In this document: piece after piece, positions 7,353 to 15,981 of the stretch
Position numbering within the stretch: position 1 is the first letter of the stretch
Layout: each line of letters opens with the position of its first letter
Assembly: GCA_045863395.1 (NCBI GenBank)
Contig: BTVJ01000014.1
Location: forward strand, 52,472 to 116,471
From: Myxococcales bacterium
GTDB taxonomy: Bacteria; Myxococcota_A; UBA9042; JABWCM01; BTVJ01
Length of the DNA stretch: 64,000 nucleotides
Direction of reading: 5' to 3'
The notes under the pieces: model-generated
The model's input: only the letters and a program-made list of their open reading frames with translations
The model's database searches: none
Told to the model about the DNA's origin: nothing
Position numbers and translations under genes: made by a program

Positions 7353-8682
7353 GGGCTGCGTTGCCTGTCCTTGTTGCCACTTCGATGTCAATCTGTCTGC
7401 GCTTCGTTGCGCCGCTCTTGCGGTCCCTGCGGGCAATGGGACTCTGGACACCCCAATATGCGGCAGCATCCGACACGGACATGGCCAGGAGCCCTGGTGA
7501 ACCCAAGGGCAGGTGCGCCACGTCTTCGGGAAGTCGTGACCCGCCGCACAGGTCAACCAATTGAAGGGCGATGGCCCTCGCAAGAGGGGGAGGTACTGAG
7601 TTCCCAACCTGGCGTCCGCCGTGCCACTTGGTCACGTGAAACCGGAACCAGTCTGGATAGCCATGGAGGCGGGCCATCTCGCGTACAGTGATGCACCGCG
7701 GATGAGAATAGTGAATCGGGCGGGGGCTGGTGAACGCGCCTCGCGCTGAATCGGTACCCGCACGAAGCGTGTTGGAGACGCCGTCAGCGGTGAGCTTGTA
7801 GAATCGAGAAATCGGCTCAATGGTGCCAGGGGCCGTTGAAGCAAAGCGTCTGCGAGATATCTCCGAGTGCACGGTGCGCATGCTGGAAGTCATGGTTGTG
7901 CAGTCCCAGGAGCGTATGTGGCCGTTGTGCCAGGAGGAGTCGGAGAGACATCGAAGCTCTCGCGAGTAGAGAGATGCCGGATGAGCAAGGTCGACTCTGA
8001 CTGTGTCGGAGTCGACCAGGTCGGGAAACAGATCGGCGTCGGGCAGGTCCGAAAGGGCATCGCCACACGATGGTCCCAGAACCAAGTCCAGGAAAGAGGA
8101 TCTGCGTCGTGGCGGCGGTGACGAGACAGGGGGTGGGTAGCTGGGCACCGGACAGCCCCTTCGTGCGCCCAACAGAATCAGCCGCTCTCGATCTTGCGGT
8201 ACGCCATAAGCACAGGCGTTCAGTACCTGCCACGGCGTTCGCACCGTGTACCCATTTCGCTCAAAGGCCAGAACCAGCTCATGCAAGAAAGCACGGTGCT
8301 TGCCGACGGTCAGTCCCTTGACGTTCTCAAATACGAAGTACGATGGCTCCAACTCGAGCACAATCCGCAGAAATTCACGGACGAGTTGGTTTCTTGGATC
8401 GTCCAGGGCTCGCTGGCCCATCAAGGAGAACCCTTGACACGGGGGACCACCAAAGACAACCGCGACGCCGCGCTTCGCCGCGGACGTTCCCGCCACGATG
8501 TCTGCACCTGTAAGTCCGACAATGGAACGAGGGACAGTCTTGACGTAAGGAAAGTTGTAGTGGTGAACGGCTGCGTGCACGGGGTCCATCTCGACGGCGG
8601 CGACGACGTCGAAACCGGCTTGCTCGAACCCAAGGGACATGCCCCCAGCGCCTGCAAACAGGTCAATCGCTGTGGGGCGCAT
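7345..8682 (-). CDS. DNA (cytosine-5)-methyltransferase
   Basis: Motif I DLFAGAGGMSLG, IV GGPPCQGFS, VI FENVKG, VIII QDRERL, IX/X TVREMARLHGYPD and GNSVPPPLA. Start taken at MRPTAIDLF (8682); an upstream ATG at 8742 is possible. Confidence 0.9.
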   Translation of the reverse strand: MRPTAIDLFAGAGGMSLGFEQAGFDVVAAVEMDPVHAAVHHYNFPYVKTVPRSIVGLTGADIVAGTSAAKRGVAVVFGGPPCQGFSLMGQRALDDPRNQLVREFLRIVLELEPSYFVFENVKGLTVGKHRAFLHELVLAFERNGYTVRTPWQVLNACAYGVPQDRERLILLGARRGCPVPSYPPPVSSPPPRRRSSFLDLVLGPSCGDALSDLPDADLFPDLVDSDTVRVDLAHPASLYSRELRCLSDSSWHNGHIRSWDCTTMTSSMRTVHSEISRRRFASTAPGTIEPISRFYKLTADGVSNTLRAGTDSARGAFTSPRPIHYSHPRCITVREMARLHGYPDWFRFHVTKWHGGRQVGNSVPPPLARAIALQLVDLCGGSRLPEDVAHLPLGSPGLLAMSVSDAAAYWGVQSPIARRDRKSGATKRRQIDIEVATRTGNAAHG

Positions 8683-8796
8683 CGTACCTCCCGCCACGAC
8701 TGTGATGCCGTGGTGCTCACTCAGGGGCCTCTCCCATAGCATGGCTGGAGCTGCTCGTCAAACGTTCAGTACGGCGCGGGCAGCGACACCGGGGGG

Positions 8797-11496
8797 ATGC
8801 TCCCGTCCGTACCCACGTCGGGGCGTCGTGCCGCGGGAAGATCGCGGAGATTCGGGCAGATGCGAACGCGGATCCGTTCGGGCAGCGGTCCGGCAGCCGG
8901 CTGTGCGGGGCTGTCGGCGCAGCACGCGCGGGAGCTCGCTGCGTCGGGGCTGCGGGGGCAGATCTTCCGGGCCCAGGAGCTGCCGGACCGCTCCGCCGAC
9001 GTGGTGATCCTGGAGGTGACGAAGCTCGCGGACCGCCCCGGCGTGGAGACGGTCGCGACCAGCCAGTTCGAGGGGAGCAACCTGGTCTTCGTCGACGAGG
9101 GCCACCGGGGCAGCTCCAAGGAGGACGGCGAGTGGAGGCGGCGGCGGCAGCAGCTCGCGGCGGGCGGGTTCTGCTTCGAGTACTCCGCGACGTTCAAGCA
9201 GGCGGCGGAGAGGTCGGACGTGCTGCGCGAGGAGTACGCCCGCGCCATCCTCATGGACTACTCCTACCGGCGCTTCCACGGGGACGGCTACGGCAAGCAC
9301 TGGCGCATCCTGAACCTGGAGAAGGACGACGCCAAGGCCCGCCGCGAGTACTTCACGACGGCGCTGCTCACGCTGTTCCAGCAGACCTGGCTCCACGAGC
9401 AGCACCCGGCGCTGGTCGCGCGGCACGCCATCGCGCGGCCGCTGTGCGTCTTCGTGGGCGGCAGCGTGGTGGGCGGCGACGAGGCGAAGGAGCAGACCGA
9501 CGTGGTCAAGGTCCTCGCCTTCCTGTCGGACTTCGTGCGGGACGCGGCGGGCTCGAGGCGCGTGCTCCGGGACCTCCTCGACGGCAAGGCGGGTTTCGTC
9601 ACGAAGCAGCGCGAGGACGTCTTCAAAGGGGAGTTCCCGGCGCTCGCGGGCTGGGACGAGCAGCGGCTGTACCAGGAGATGCTGCGCCTCCTGTTCAGCG
9701 CGGCCGGCCCGGGCCCGCTGCACATCGAGGAGCTGAAGGACGCGGCCGGCGAGATCGCCCTGTCCGTGGGGGCGGCCCCGCCCTTCGGCGTGGTCAACGT
9801 GGGCGACGCGCCGGGCCTTCGCAAGAAGTGCACCGAAGACAAGGAGCACGGCCCCCACTTCGTCGTGGACGAGAAGCGCTTCAAGGGCGGCCTGTTCTAC
9901 CGCATCGAAGAGCCGGGGTCCCGCCTGACGATGCTCGTCGGCTCCCGCAAGTTCTCGGAGGGCTGGAGCAGTTGGCGCGTGAGCCTCATGGGCCTCTTGA
10001 ACCTGGGCAAGAGCCCGGGCACGCAGATCGTGCAGCTCTTCGGGCGGGGGGTGCGCCTGAAGGGGCGCGGCATGTCGCTGAAGCGGGGAGATGCCAAGGG
10101 GGAGCCGGTCCTGAAGGGCGACGACGCGTGGCAGGTCCCGCGCATGGAGACCTTCTCCGTGTTCGGGGTCGAGTCGTCGTACATGAAGCTCTTCCGCGAG
10201 GAGCTGGAGAAGGCGGGCATCGAGCAGGACCGCGACGAGCCGGACGACACCACCCGCGCGCTCCCGGTGCTCCGCACGCGCCCCCTGCCCAAGCTCTGGG
10301 TGATGCGGCCGCCGGGCCGCGAGGCGTACCGGCAGTCCGGCGAGACGGTGACCCTGGCGGTGGACCCCTACCTGCCGGCCGTGGAGGTGGACGGCTGGGC
10401 GAGCGTCGAGGTGCACCACGACGGGCGTGGCGCCCTGGCCGTCGCCGACCCGAACCGCATCACCCACGCCGTGCCCGCCTTCGCCTTCGTCGACCACGGC
10501 GCGCTCTACGCAGACCTCGTGCGGCTCAAGAACGAGCAGGGCGCCTGGAACCTGGAGCTGCCGCGGACGGCGCACCACCCGGAGCTGGGGACGGTGCCCC
10601 TGACCCGCGCGCTGCTCGCGACGCCCGGCTGGTACGTGCTCTCCGTCGAGGAGCGGGACGTGGAGCCCACGTCGCTGCGAAACCGGGCGCTCTGGCAGCG
10701 CTACGCGAGCGAGCTGGTGCGGGGCCTGGCGCGGACCCTCTACCGGGCGCGCCTCGGCGACTGGCAGCTCCGCAACACGTCGTTCGTGGAGCTGGACGGC
10801 ATGCACGACGACGAGATCGCCGCCCTGATCCCGGACGCCTGGATCGTGACCGTGGAGCCCGGGACCGACTGGACGGCGAAGATCCTGGCGCTCCTCGACA
10901 CCATCGGGCAGCGCCTGGGGCGGGGCGAGCGCGTGGAGCAGGGCCAGCCGGGCGTCTTCGAGGTCACGTCGCCGGACATGCACCTCTACCACCCGCTGGT
11001 GGGCGCGACGGACCCGAAGAAGGCGATCATCCAGGTCAGGACCGAGCCGGTGGCGCTCAACGAGGGCGAGCTGGGCTTCGTCCGGGACCTGGCGAAGTAC
11101 CTCGCCACCCGTCCGCGCCTGCTGGAGGGCGCGCGGGTCCACCTTCTCCGCAACCCGGCGAAGAAGGGCATCGGCTTCGAGGGCTTCTACCCGGACTTCA
11201 TCGTCTGGGTGGTCCGCGGCGCCGAGCAGTGGGTGATCCTCGTGGACCCGAAGGGCCTGTCGAGGCTGGGCGCCGCGGACTCGAAGCTCCACGCCTGGAA
11301 GAAGCTGAAGGAGCTGGAGGCGCGCCACCCGGGCATCCACCTGGACTCGTGGATCGTCTCAGTCACCCCCCAGGGAGCCTTGAGCTGGGGCGTCACGGAC
11401 TACACGGAGATGCACGTCCTCTTCCGGGCGGACCCGGGCTACGTGGCGACCCTGTTCGAGCGGGCCCTGGCGGGGGAGACGGTCGCTGGCCCCTGA
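8797..11496 (+). CDS. SF2 helicase (type III Res-like) fused to a C-terminal PD-(D/E)xK-like domain; N-terminal lobe with Walker A appears missing (probably 5'-truncated)
   Basis: Motif II LVFVDEGHRGSS about 105 aa from the ORF start. Motifs V/VI SRKFSEGWSSWRV and QLFGRGVRLKG. C-terminal LNEGELGFVRDL...FYPDFIVWV...ILVDPKG. No GxGK(T/S) lies upstream in any frame before the divergent methyltransferase gene. Confidence 0.7.
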   Translation: MLPSVPTSGRRAAGRSRRFGQMRTRIRSGSGPAAGCAGLSAQHARELAASGLRGQIFRAQELPDRSADVVILEVTKLADRPGVETVATSQFEGSNLVFVDEGHRGSSKEDGEWRRRRQQLAAGGFCFEYSATFKQAAERSDVLREEYARAILMDYSYRRFHGDGYGKHWRILNLEKDDAKARREYFTTALLTLFQQTWLHEQHPALVARHAIARPLCVFVGGSVVGGDEAKEQTDVVKVLAFLSDFVRDAAGSRRVLRDLLDGKAGFVTKQREDVFKGEFPALAGWDEQRLYQEMLRLLFSAAGPGPLHIEELKDAAGEIALSVGAAPPFGVVNVGDAPGLRKKCTEDKEHGPHFVVDEKRFKGGLFYRIEEPGSRLTMLVGSRKFSEGWSSWRVSLMGLLNLGKSPGTQIVQLFGRGVRLKGRGMSLKRGDAKGEPVLKGDDAWQVPRMETFSVFGVESSYMKLFREELEKAGIEQDRDEPDDTTRALPVLRTRPLPKLWVMRPPGREAYRQSGETVTLAVDPYLPAVEVDGWASVEVHHDGRGALAVADPNRITHAVPAFAFVDHGALYADLVRLKNEQGAWNLELPRTAHHPELGTVPLTRALLATPGWYVLSVEERDVEPTSLRNRALWQRYASELVRGLARTLYRARLGDWQLRNTSFVELDGMHDDEIAALIPDAWIVTVEPGTDWTAKILALLDTIGQRLGRGERVEQGQPGVFEVTSPDMHLYHPLVGATDPKKAIIQVRTEPVALNEGELGFVRDLAKYLATRPRLLEGARVHLLRNPAKKGIGFEGFYPDFIVWVVRGAEQWVILVDPKGLSRLGAADSKLHAWKKLKELEARHPGIHLDSWIVSVTPQGALSWGVTDYTEMHVLFRADPGYVATLFERALAGETVAGP

Positions 11497-11517
11497 GGCG
11501 CTCACGTGACCCATGGC

Positions 11518-11925
11518 TCACCCCCCGACGCCCGCCCTCCGCCGCAGCTCCTGCATGAACCCGTCGCGGTCCTGCGGCGACACGAGCACGAAGGTCCCCT
11601 TGCCGTTCGGCTTGTCGTAGTCGATGCGGACGCGCCGCAGCGAGAGGGCGGGGGAGCTGAGCGGGTTGCTCGACGGCTCCACCGCGCGGATGCGGTCGTA
11701 GGGGACCCGGACCCGCGCGGGGCCGAAGCGGATGACGAGGGCATCGTGGGTCAGGGTGAGGAAGGCGGCGATGGCGGTCTGCCCCTCGTGCCAGCCGAAG
11801 AAGGGGTCGAAGTGCCGGGCGTCCTCGGCGAACAGCGCCCCGAGCCCCTCCCTGTCGCAGGCCTCGTGGAGCTGGCGGTGGCGGGCGCAGGCAGCCGCGG
11901 TGGAGTCTCGGTCGAGGCGGTTCAC
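11518..11925 (-). CDS. hypothetical protein with bacterial PH-like C-terminal domain
   Basis: 135 aa. The N-terminus FAEDARHFDPFFGWHEGQTAIAAFL looks like a SnoaL/NTF2 fragment. The C-terminus VIRFGPARVRVPYDRIRAVEP...LRRVRIDYDKPNGKGTFVLVSPQDRDGFMQEL looks bPH-like. Confidence 0.55.
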   Translation of the reverse strand: MNRLDRDSTAAACARHRQLHEACDREGLGALFAEDARHFDPFFGWHEGQTAIAAFLTLTHDALVIRFGPARVRVPYDRIRAVEPSSNPLSSPALSLRRVRIDYDKPNGKGTFVLVSPQDRDGFMQELRRRAGVGG

Positions 11926-12041
11926 GGCTGGCGTCCCATGGACTTGATGGCGCCGACGCTACGAGAGCCCCGCCGGGAAGTCGACCGCCCTGGAGACCGA
12001 CCCAAGCCAATCGAGCCGCCCTGTTCGGGCTCCGCGCCCGG

Positions 12042-13856
12042 TCAGCAGTCCGCGGGGCAGTTGGTCTTGGTCTCCGGGCCGCCGCAGAAGCCGTCGCCGC
12101 AGCAGGGGAGGCCCACCGGGACCTGGCCGCACATCGCGATGCCGCTCGGGCCCCCGGCTCCGCCGCACTGGTTGGCGCCGGGCCCGGGGATGTAGGTGGC
12201 CGGCGTGACGGCGCCGGCGGTCACCCCTCCGCGGACGGGCCGGACCAGGTTGTAGATGCGGATCACGTCGCCCTGCGGGCCCTCGCCGTAGGGGTAGCTC
12301 GCCGGATCTCCCGCCTTCGGGTCGCTCCGCTGGGCGCCCGCGCCGTGTACGTCGACGAGCTGCACCTTGCCGAAGGGGTCCTGCATGAAGCCCTTGGCCT
12401 CCCCGAACGCCACGTACACCGCCTTGGAGCCGCCGCCGGCCGCGTCCACGTGGGTCGTGCCGGTCCAGTAGTAGCCCCACGTGGACGCGCCGCCCTCGTC
12501 GAGGATCGGGGTCGCCTGGAAGACCGGGTCGAGGGCCGGCGAGCTGCTCGACGCGGGGGAGCGGCCGTAGTCGACGATGCTCTGGAGCTCCTTCGCCGTG
12601 GGAAGCCGCCAGTCGTCGTGTCCGGCAAACTCGAGGGACTCCGCCCACTGCAAGGCCTCCTTCCAGTCCAGCCCCGCTGCGCCGAAGGCCCCGCTGTCCT
12701 CCTGGAGCCACGTGAGCCCCGTTGCCTGGTCCGTGACGGTGCCGTCCCCGTTGTCGACGAAGGCGTTGTCCCCGTAGGCCGCCCCCCGCACGTACCGGGC
12801 GAAGAGGGTCATGGTCTTGCCGCCGACCATGCCGGTCGGATAGCCCTTGATGCGGCCGTCGGCGAAGTTGACCCCGAACGCGAGGGTGCCGAGCTCCGAC
12901 GAGCCTACATACACCGTGCTGCTCGCATACTGTGCGTCGATGACGCGGTCTCCCGTGGTCGTGTCCCCGTAGGCGAAGTCCAGCACCGTGTTGTCGAGGA
13001 ACGGCTGGATGTTGGGGCACATGGCCAGCGTCTCGCAGCAGGACGGCTCGATGCCGTCGAAGCGGATGAGCGAGTACAGCTCCTTGATGGTGGGCAGCCG
13101 CCAGTCGGAGTGTCCCGCGAGGGTCAGGGACGCGGCCCCCGCCTGCGCCTGGGCGTAGGTCACCTTCGGTCCCGGGCTCTTCTGCCACATCAGGCCCGTG
13201 ACGCCGTCCGTGACGGTGCCGTCGCCGTTGTCGGTGAGGCTCGGCTGGGCGCCCTGGTACCAGGCGTCCTGGCCGCCCCAGGCGCTGCCCGGCGTCGCGC
13301 AGGGGATCTCCGCGCTGGCGTCGAAGCAGCGGTCCTGCGCCGTGTCGACCACCGGCGAGCTGGGTCCAGCCCCACCCCCCTCGCAGGCCGCCATGGGGAG
13401 CCGGTCGCTCGGCAGGCAGCCGTCGAGGCTGGTCAGTCCCGCCCCGGCAGGGGTCCCGCAGCACACGGTGGAGGCGCACCGGCTGGCGGCGTAGGCGCTC
13501 CCCGCGCACGCGTCTGCGTCCGTCACGGAGAACCCGGCCGCCGTCTGGCAGCACACCAGCGACGTCGCCACGCAGCACAGCGCCGCCGCCTTGGCGAAGC
13601 GGCCGTTCGAGCACCGGGCGGCGACCGTGACGGACGTCACGTCGCCCGACCCGCAGGCGTGGGCCGCGACCGCCGCCCAGGAGGCCTTGGAGCGGCAGAG
13701 CCCGTCCTCCAGCGCCAGGGTGGTGCAGTCCTGGATGGCGCGGGCCGGAGACTGCATGGACAACACCCCCGCGGCGACCAGCGCTGCTGGGGCCACGGAT
13801 CGAGAGCGGCGCGCAGGGGGCGCGGCGCGTTGGACATCGAGGGATCGCGTCGTCAT
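12042..13856 (-). CDS. secreted DUF1566 (Lcl C-terminal-like) domain protein with Cys-rich N- and C-terminal regions
   Basis: Track ORF trimmed to MTTRSLDVQRAAPPARRSRSVAPAALVAAGVLS (signal peptide). Two DUF1566 signatures: DNGDGTVTDGVTGLMWQK...GHSDWRLPTIKEL and DNGDGTVTDQATGLTWLQ...GHDDWRLPTAKEL. Confidence 0.8.
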   Translation of the reverse strand: MTTRSLDVQRAAPPARRSRSVAPAALVAAGVLSMQSPARAIQDCTTLALEDGLCRSKASWAAVAAHACGSGDVTSVTVAARCSNGRFAKAAALCCVATSLVCCQTAAGFSVTDADACAGSAYAASRCASTVCCGTPAGAGLTSLDGCLPSDRLPMAACEGGGAGPSSPVVDTAQDRCFDASAEIPCATPGSAWGGQDAWYQGAQPSLTDNGDGTVTDGVTGLMWQKSPGPKVTYAQAQAGAASLTLAGHSDWRLPTIKELYSLIRFDGIEPSCCETLAMCPNIQPFLDNTVLDFAYGDTTTGDRVIDAQYASSTVYVGSSELGTLAFGVNFADGRIKGYPTGMVGGKTMTLFARYVRGAAYGDNAFVDNGDGTVTDQATGLTWLQEDSGAFGAAGLDWKEALQWAESLEFAGHDDWRLPTAKELQSIVDYGRSPASSSSPALDPVFQATPILDEGGASTWGYYWTGTTHVDAAGGGSKAVYVAFGEAKGFMQDPFGKVQLVDVHGAGAQRSDPKAGDPASYPYGEGPQGDVIRIYNLVRPVRGGVTAGAVTPATYIPGPGANQCGGAGGPSGIAMCGQVPVGLPCCGDGFCGGPETKTNCPADC

Positions 13857-14078
13857 GGTGCAACCTCGCGTGAGTTCACGGGGGCGGCGTTGCCCCGGGC
13901 TGCGCCAATCGCAATGGCCGTGCCATGTGCGCAACTTCATGGAACCACGACGACCTGCCCCCGGGTCGCCCGTCCGGCCTCGGGCCCCGCCTGCACGACT
14001 CGCGGACGAGGCTGCGAGATGTGCAGGTCGATTACCGGCCGCCGCTGTGGGTGACACCACCGCTCCTGCGGTGCTACC

Positions 14079-14286
14079 GAGCAGGGGGTCAGGAGCAGGG
14101 GGTCAAACCTACTCAGTTCTCATATTCTCGGCGAGGGCAGGGGGAGGGGAGGGGGTCGGGCAGTAGCAGAGCAGGGGGTCAAACCTACTCAGTTCTCATA
14201 TTCTTGGCGAGGGCAGGGGGAGGGGAGGGGGCGGGCAGAGGGCAGGGGGGCAGGCACGGGGCCAGACCTGCTCAGTTCTCATAGTG
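14079..14286. repeat. 76-bp tandem repeat (2 full units plus partial copies), G-tract-rich on the + strand
   Basis: GAGCAGGGGGTCAAACCTACTCAGTTCTCATATTCT(C/T)GGCGAGGGCAGGGGGAGGGGAGGGGG at 14093-14155 and 14169-14231. Partial copies at 14079 and at 14261-14286 (CTCAGTTCTCATA). Confidence 0.9.
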
Positions 14287-14311
14287 GTCCCGCAGGGGCG
14301 CTCGGGAGCGC

Positions 14312-15193
14312 CTACTGCGCCGGCACCGGCCCGTCGGCGGTCCAGCGGTAGAAGCCCTCGCCGGTCTTGCGGCCGAGCTTCCCTGCGCGGACGAGCCTGC
14401 GGAGGATCTGCGGCGGGCGGAACTGCTCGCCGAGCTCCCGGTGGAGGTGCTCGGCGATGGCGAGGCGGACGTCGAGGCCCACCAGGTCCGTGAGCTTGAG
14501 GGGGCCCATGGGGTGGCGGTAGCCGAGCTCCATGGCGCGGTCGATGTCCGCGGCGTTGGCGACGCCCTCCTGGAGCATGCGCATGGCCTCGAGCCCGATG
14601 ACGAGGCCGAGGCGGCTGGTCGCGAAGCCCGGCGAGTCGCTGACCACGATGAGCTCGCGCCCCATGCGCTCGCCCACGCCGCGGACCGCCTCCACCACCT
14701 CGGGGGTCGTCTGCTGCGCGCGGACGATCTCGAGGAGCTTGAGCACATGGGGCGGGTTGAAGAAGTGCATGCCGACGACCCGCTCGGGGCGCGACGCCGA
14801 CGAGGCGATCTCCGTCACGCTGAGCGACGACGTGTTGGTGGCGAGGATGGCCCCGTCCGGCGCCCTCTGACCCAGCTCCTGGAAGAGCCGGATCTTCAGA
14901 TCGATACGCTCGGGTACGGCCTCGATGACCAGGTCCGCCTCGGCGACGGCCTCCAGCAGATCCGTCGTGCTGCGCAGTCGCGCCATGGCCTCGGTCCGTG
15001 CCTCGTGGCTGAGCTTGCCCTTGTCGACGCTCGTCGCCGTCGTCTCCCGGATGTGCCCGACGCCCCGGTCCAGCGCGGCCCGGTCGAGGTCCTGGAGGGT
15101 CACCTCGTAGCCGGACAGCGCCGCCACCTGCGCGATACCGTGGCCCATGGTCCCTGCGCCGAGGACCGCCACCTTCTGGATCGTGTACGTCAT
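14312..15193 (-). CDS. 3-hydroxyacyl-CoA / 3-hydroxybutyryl-CoA dehydrogenase
   Basis: 293 aa. MTYTIQKVAVLGAGTMGHGIAQVAA (Rossmann fold), ATNTSSLSVTEIA, HFFNPPHVLKLLEIV. Confidence 0.9.
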   Translation of the reverse strand: MTYTIQKVAVLGAGTMGHGIAQVAALSGYEVTLQDLDRAALDRGVGHIRETTATSVDKGKLSHEARTEAMARLRSTTDLLEAVAEADLVIEAVPERIDLKIRLFQELGQRAPDGAILATNTSSLSVTEIASSASRPERVVGMHFFNPPHVLKLLEIVRAQQTTPEVVEAVRGVGERMGRELIVVSDSPGFATSRLGLVIGLEAMRMLQEGVANAADIDRAMELGYRHPMGPLKLTDLVGLDVRLAIAEHLHRELGEQFRPPQILRRLVRAGKLGRKTGEGFYRWTADGPVPAQ

Positions 15194-15981
15194 TCGCTCG
15201 TCTCCGGGCCGGCCTTGCGGGCGCGGCGCTCCAGGAAGGCCGTCATGCGGCGTTGCTTGTCGTCGTCCTCGAACAGGACCGCCTGGGAGGCGACCTCGAG
15301 GGCCATGCCGGCGTCCGAGCCGACCTCGGGCGTCACGTTCATCACGAGCTTGGCGAAGCGCACCGCCATGGCGCTGTTTCGCCCGATCTCGCGCGCGATC
15401 TCGTGGGCGACGTCGAGGACCACCTCGTCGTCCACCACACGGTTGACGAGCCCCATCGACAGGGCCTCGTCAGCGCCGATGATGCGGCCCGTGAAGATCA
15501 GCTCCTTGGCGCGGCCGGGCCCTATCAGACGCGGCAGCCGGTACATGGCACCCGCGCCGGGCACGATGCCCAGGCCCACCTCGGGCTGACCGAGCCGCGC
15601 CGAGCGGCCAGCGACGCGCAGATCGCAGGCGAGGGCGAGCTCGCAGCCGCCGCCGAGGGCGAAGCCGCGGATGGCGGCGATGGTCGGCACGGGGAGCTGC
15701 TCCACCTCGCGGAAGAGGCCCGTGTTGATGCGCCGCAGGGCGTCGAGCTTCGTGCGGTCGCGCAGCTCTGCGATGTCCGCCCCGCCGAGGAAGGCCCGGT
15801 CGCCCGCCCCCGTCAGGACGACTGCGCGCAGATCGTCCCGCTCCGCCAGGACGCGCACCGCCGCCCGCGCCTCCTCCACCATCTGGCGGTTCAGGGCGTT
15901 GCGCACCTCGGGGCGGTGGAACGTGAGCTCCGCGATGCCGAGGTCGTCGATGCTCAGGCGAATGGTCTGCCACGTCTCCAC
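15190..15981 (-). CDS. enoyl-CoA hydratase/isomerase (crotonase) family
   Basis: Track ORF 15190..16734 trimmed to the GTG at 15981 (GGAGGG RBS). ELTFHRPEVRNAL, AFLGGADIAE, GFALGGGCELALACDLR, GLGIVPGAGA. ATGA overlap with the downstream dehydrogenase. Confidence 0.9.
   Translation of the reverse strand: METWQTIRLSIDDLGIAELTFHRPEVRNALNRQMVEEARAAVRVLAERDDLRAVVLTGAGDRAFLGGADIAELRDRTKLDALRRINTGLFREVEQLPVPTIAAIRGFALGGGCELALACDLRVAGRSARLGQPEVGLGIVPGAGAMYRLPRLIGPGRAKELIFTGRIIGADEALSMGLVNRVVDDEVVLDVAHEIAREIGRNSAMAVRFAKLVMNVTPEVGSDAGMALEVASQAVLFEDDDKQRRMTAFLERRARKAGPETSE

Noticed and set aside
8758-11340. 860-aa minus-strand ORF antisense to the helicase gene. Similar giant antisense or off-frame ORFs occur at 9132..11558 +, 21324..24527 -, 56376..58523 -, 58728..62015 -, 40697..42394 -, 34514..36907 - and 4315..6114 -.
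   Set aside because: Their composition is the Arg/Pro/Gly/Ala/His-rich pattern typical of wrong frames in roughly 70% GC DNA. They carry no motifs. Each overlaps a gene with clear family signatures on the other strand or in another frame.
2080-11496. Assignment of the island to DISARM, BREX or Zorya on the basis of SNF2 helicase plus methyltransferase plus a second helicase
   Set aside because: No DUF1998/DrmB-like, PLD, PglZ, BrxC or ZorA/B-like genes are readable. The genes are in mixed orientation, separated by TA stubs, and the two helicases are truncated. The co-location looks like accretion rather than one system.
12042-13856. Diversity-generating retroelement targeting the DUF1566 / lectin-like protein
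   Set aside because: There is no reverse transcriptase, template repeat or adenine-biased variable repeat nearby.
14079-14286. Small ORFs 13925..14284 + and 13591..14166 + across the 76-bp repeat
   Set aside because: Their repetitive Gly/Arg-rich translations merely mirror the DNA repeat. They have no RBS and lie antisense to the local transcription direction.
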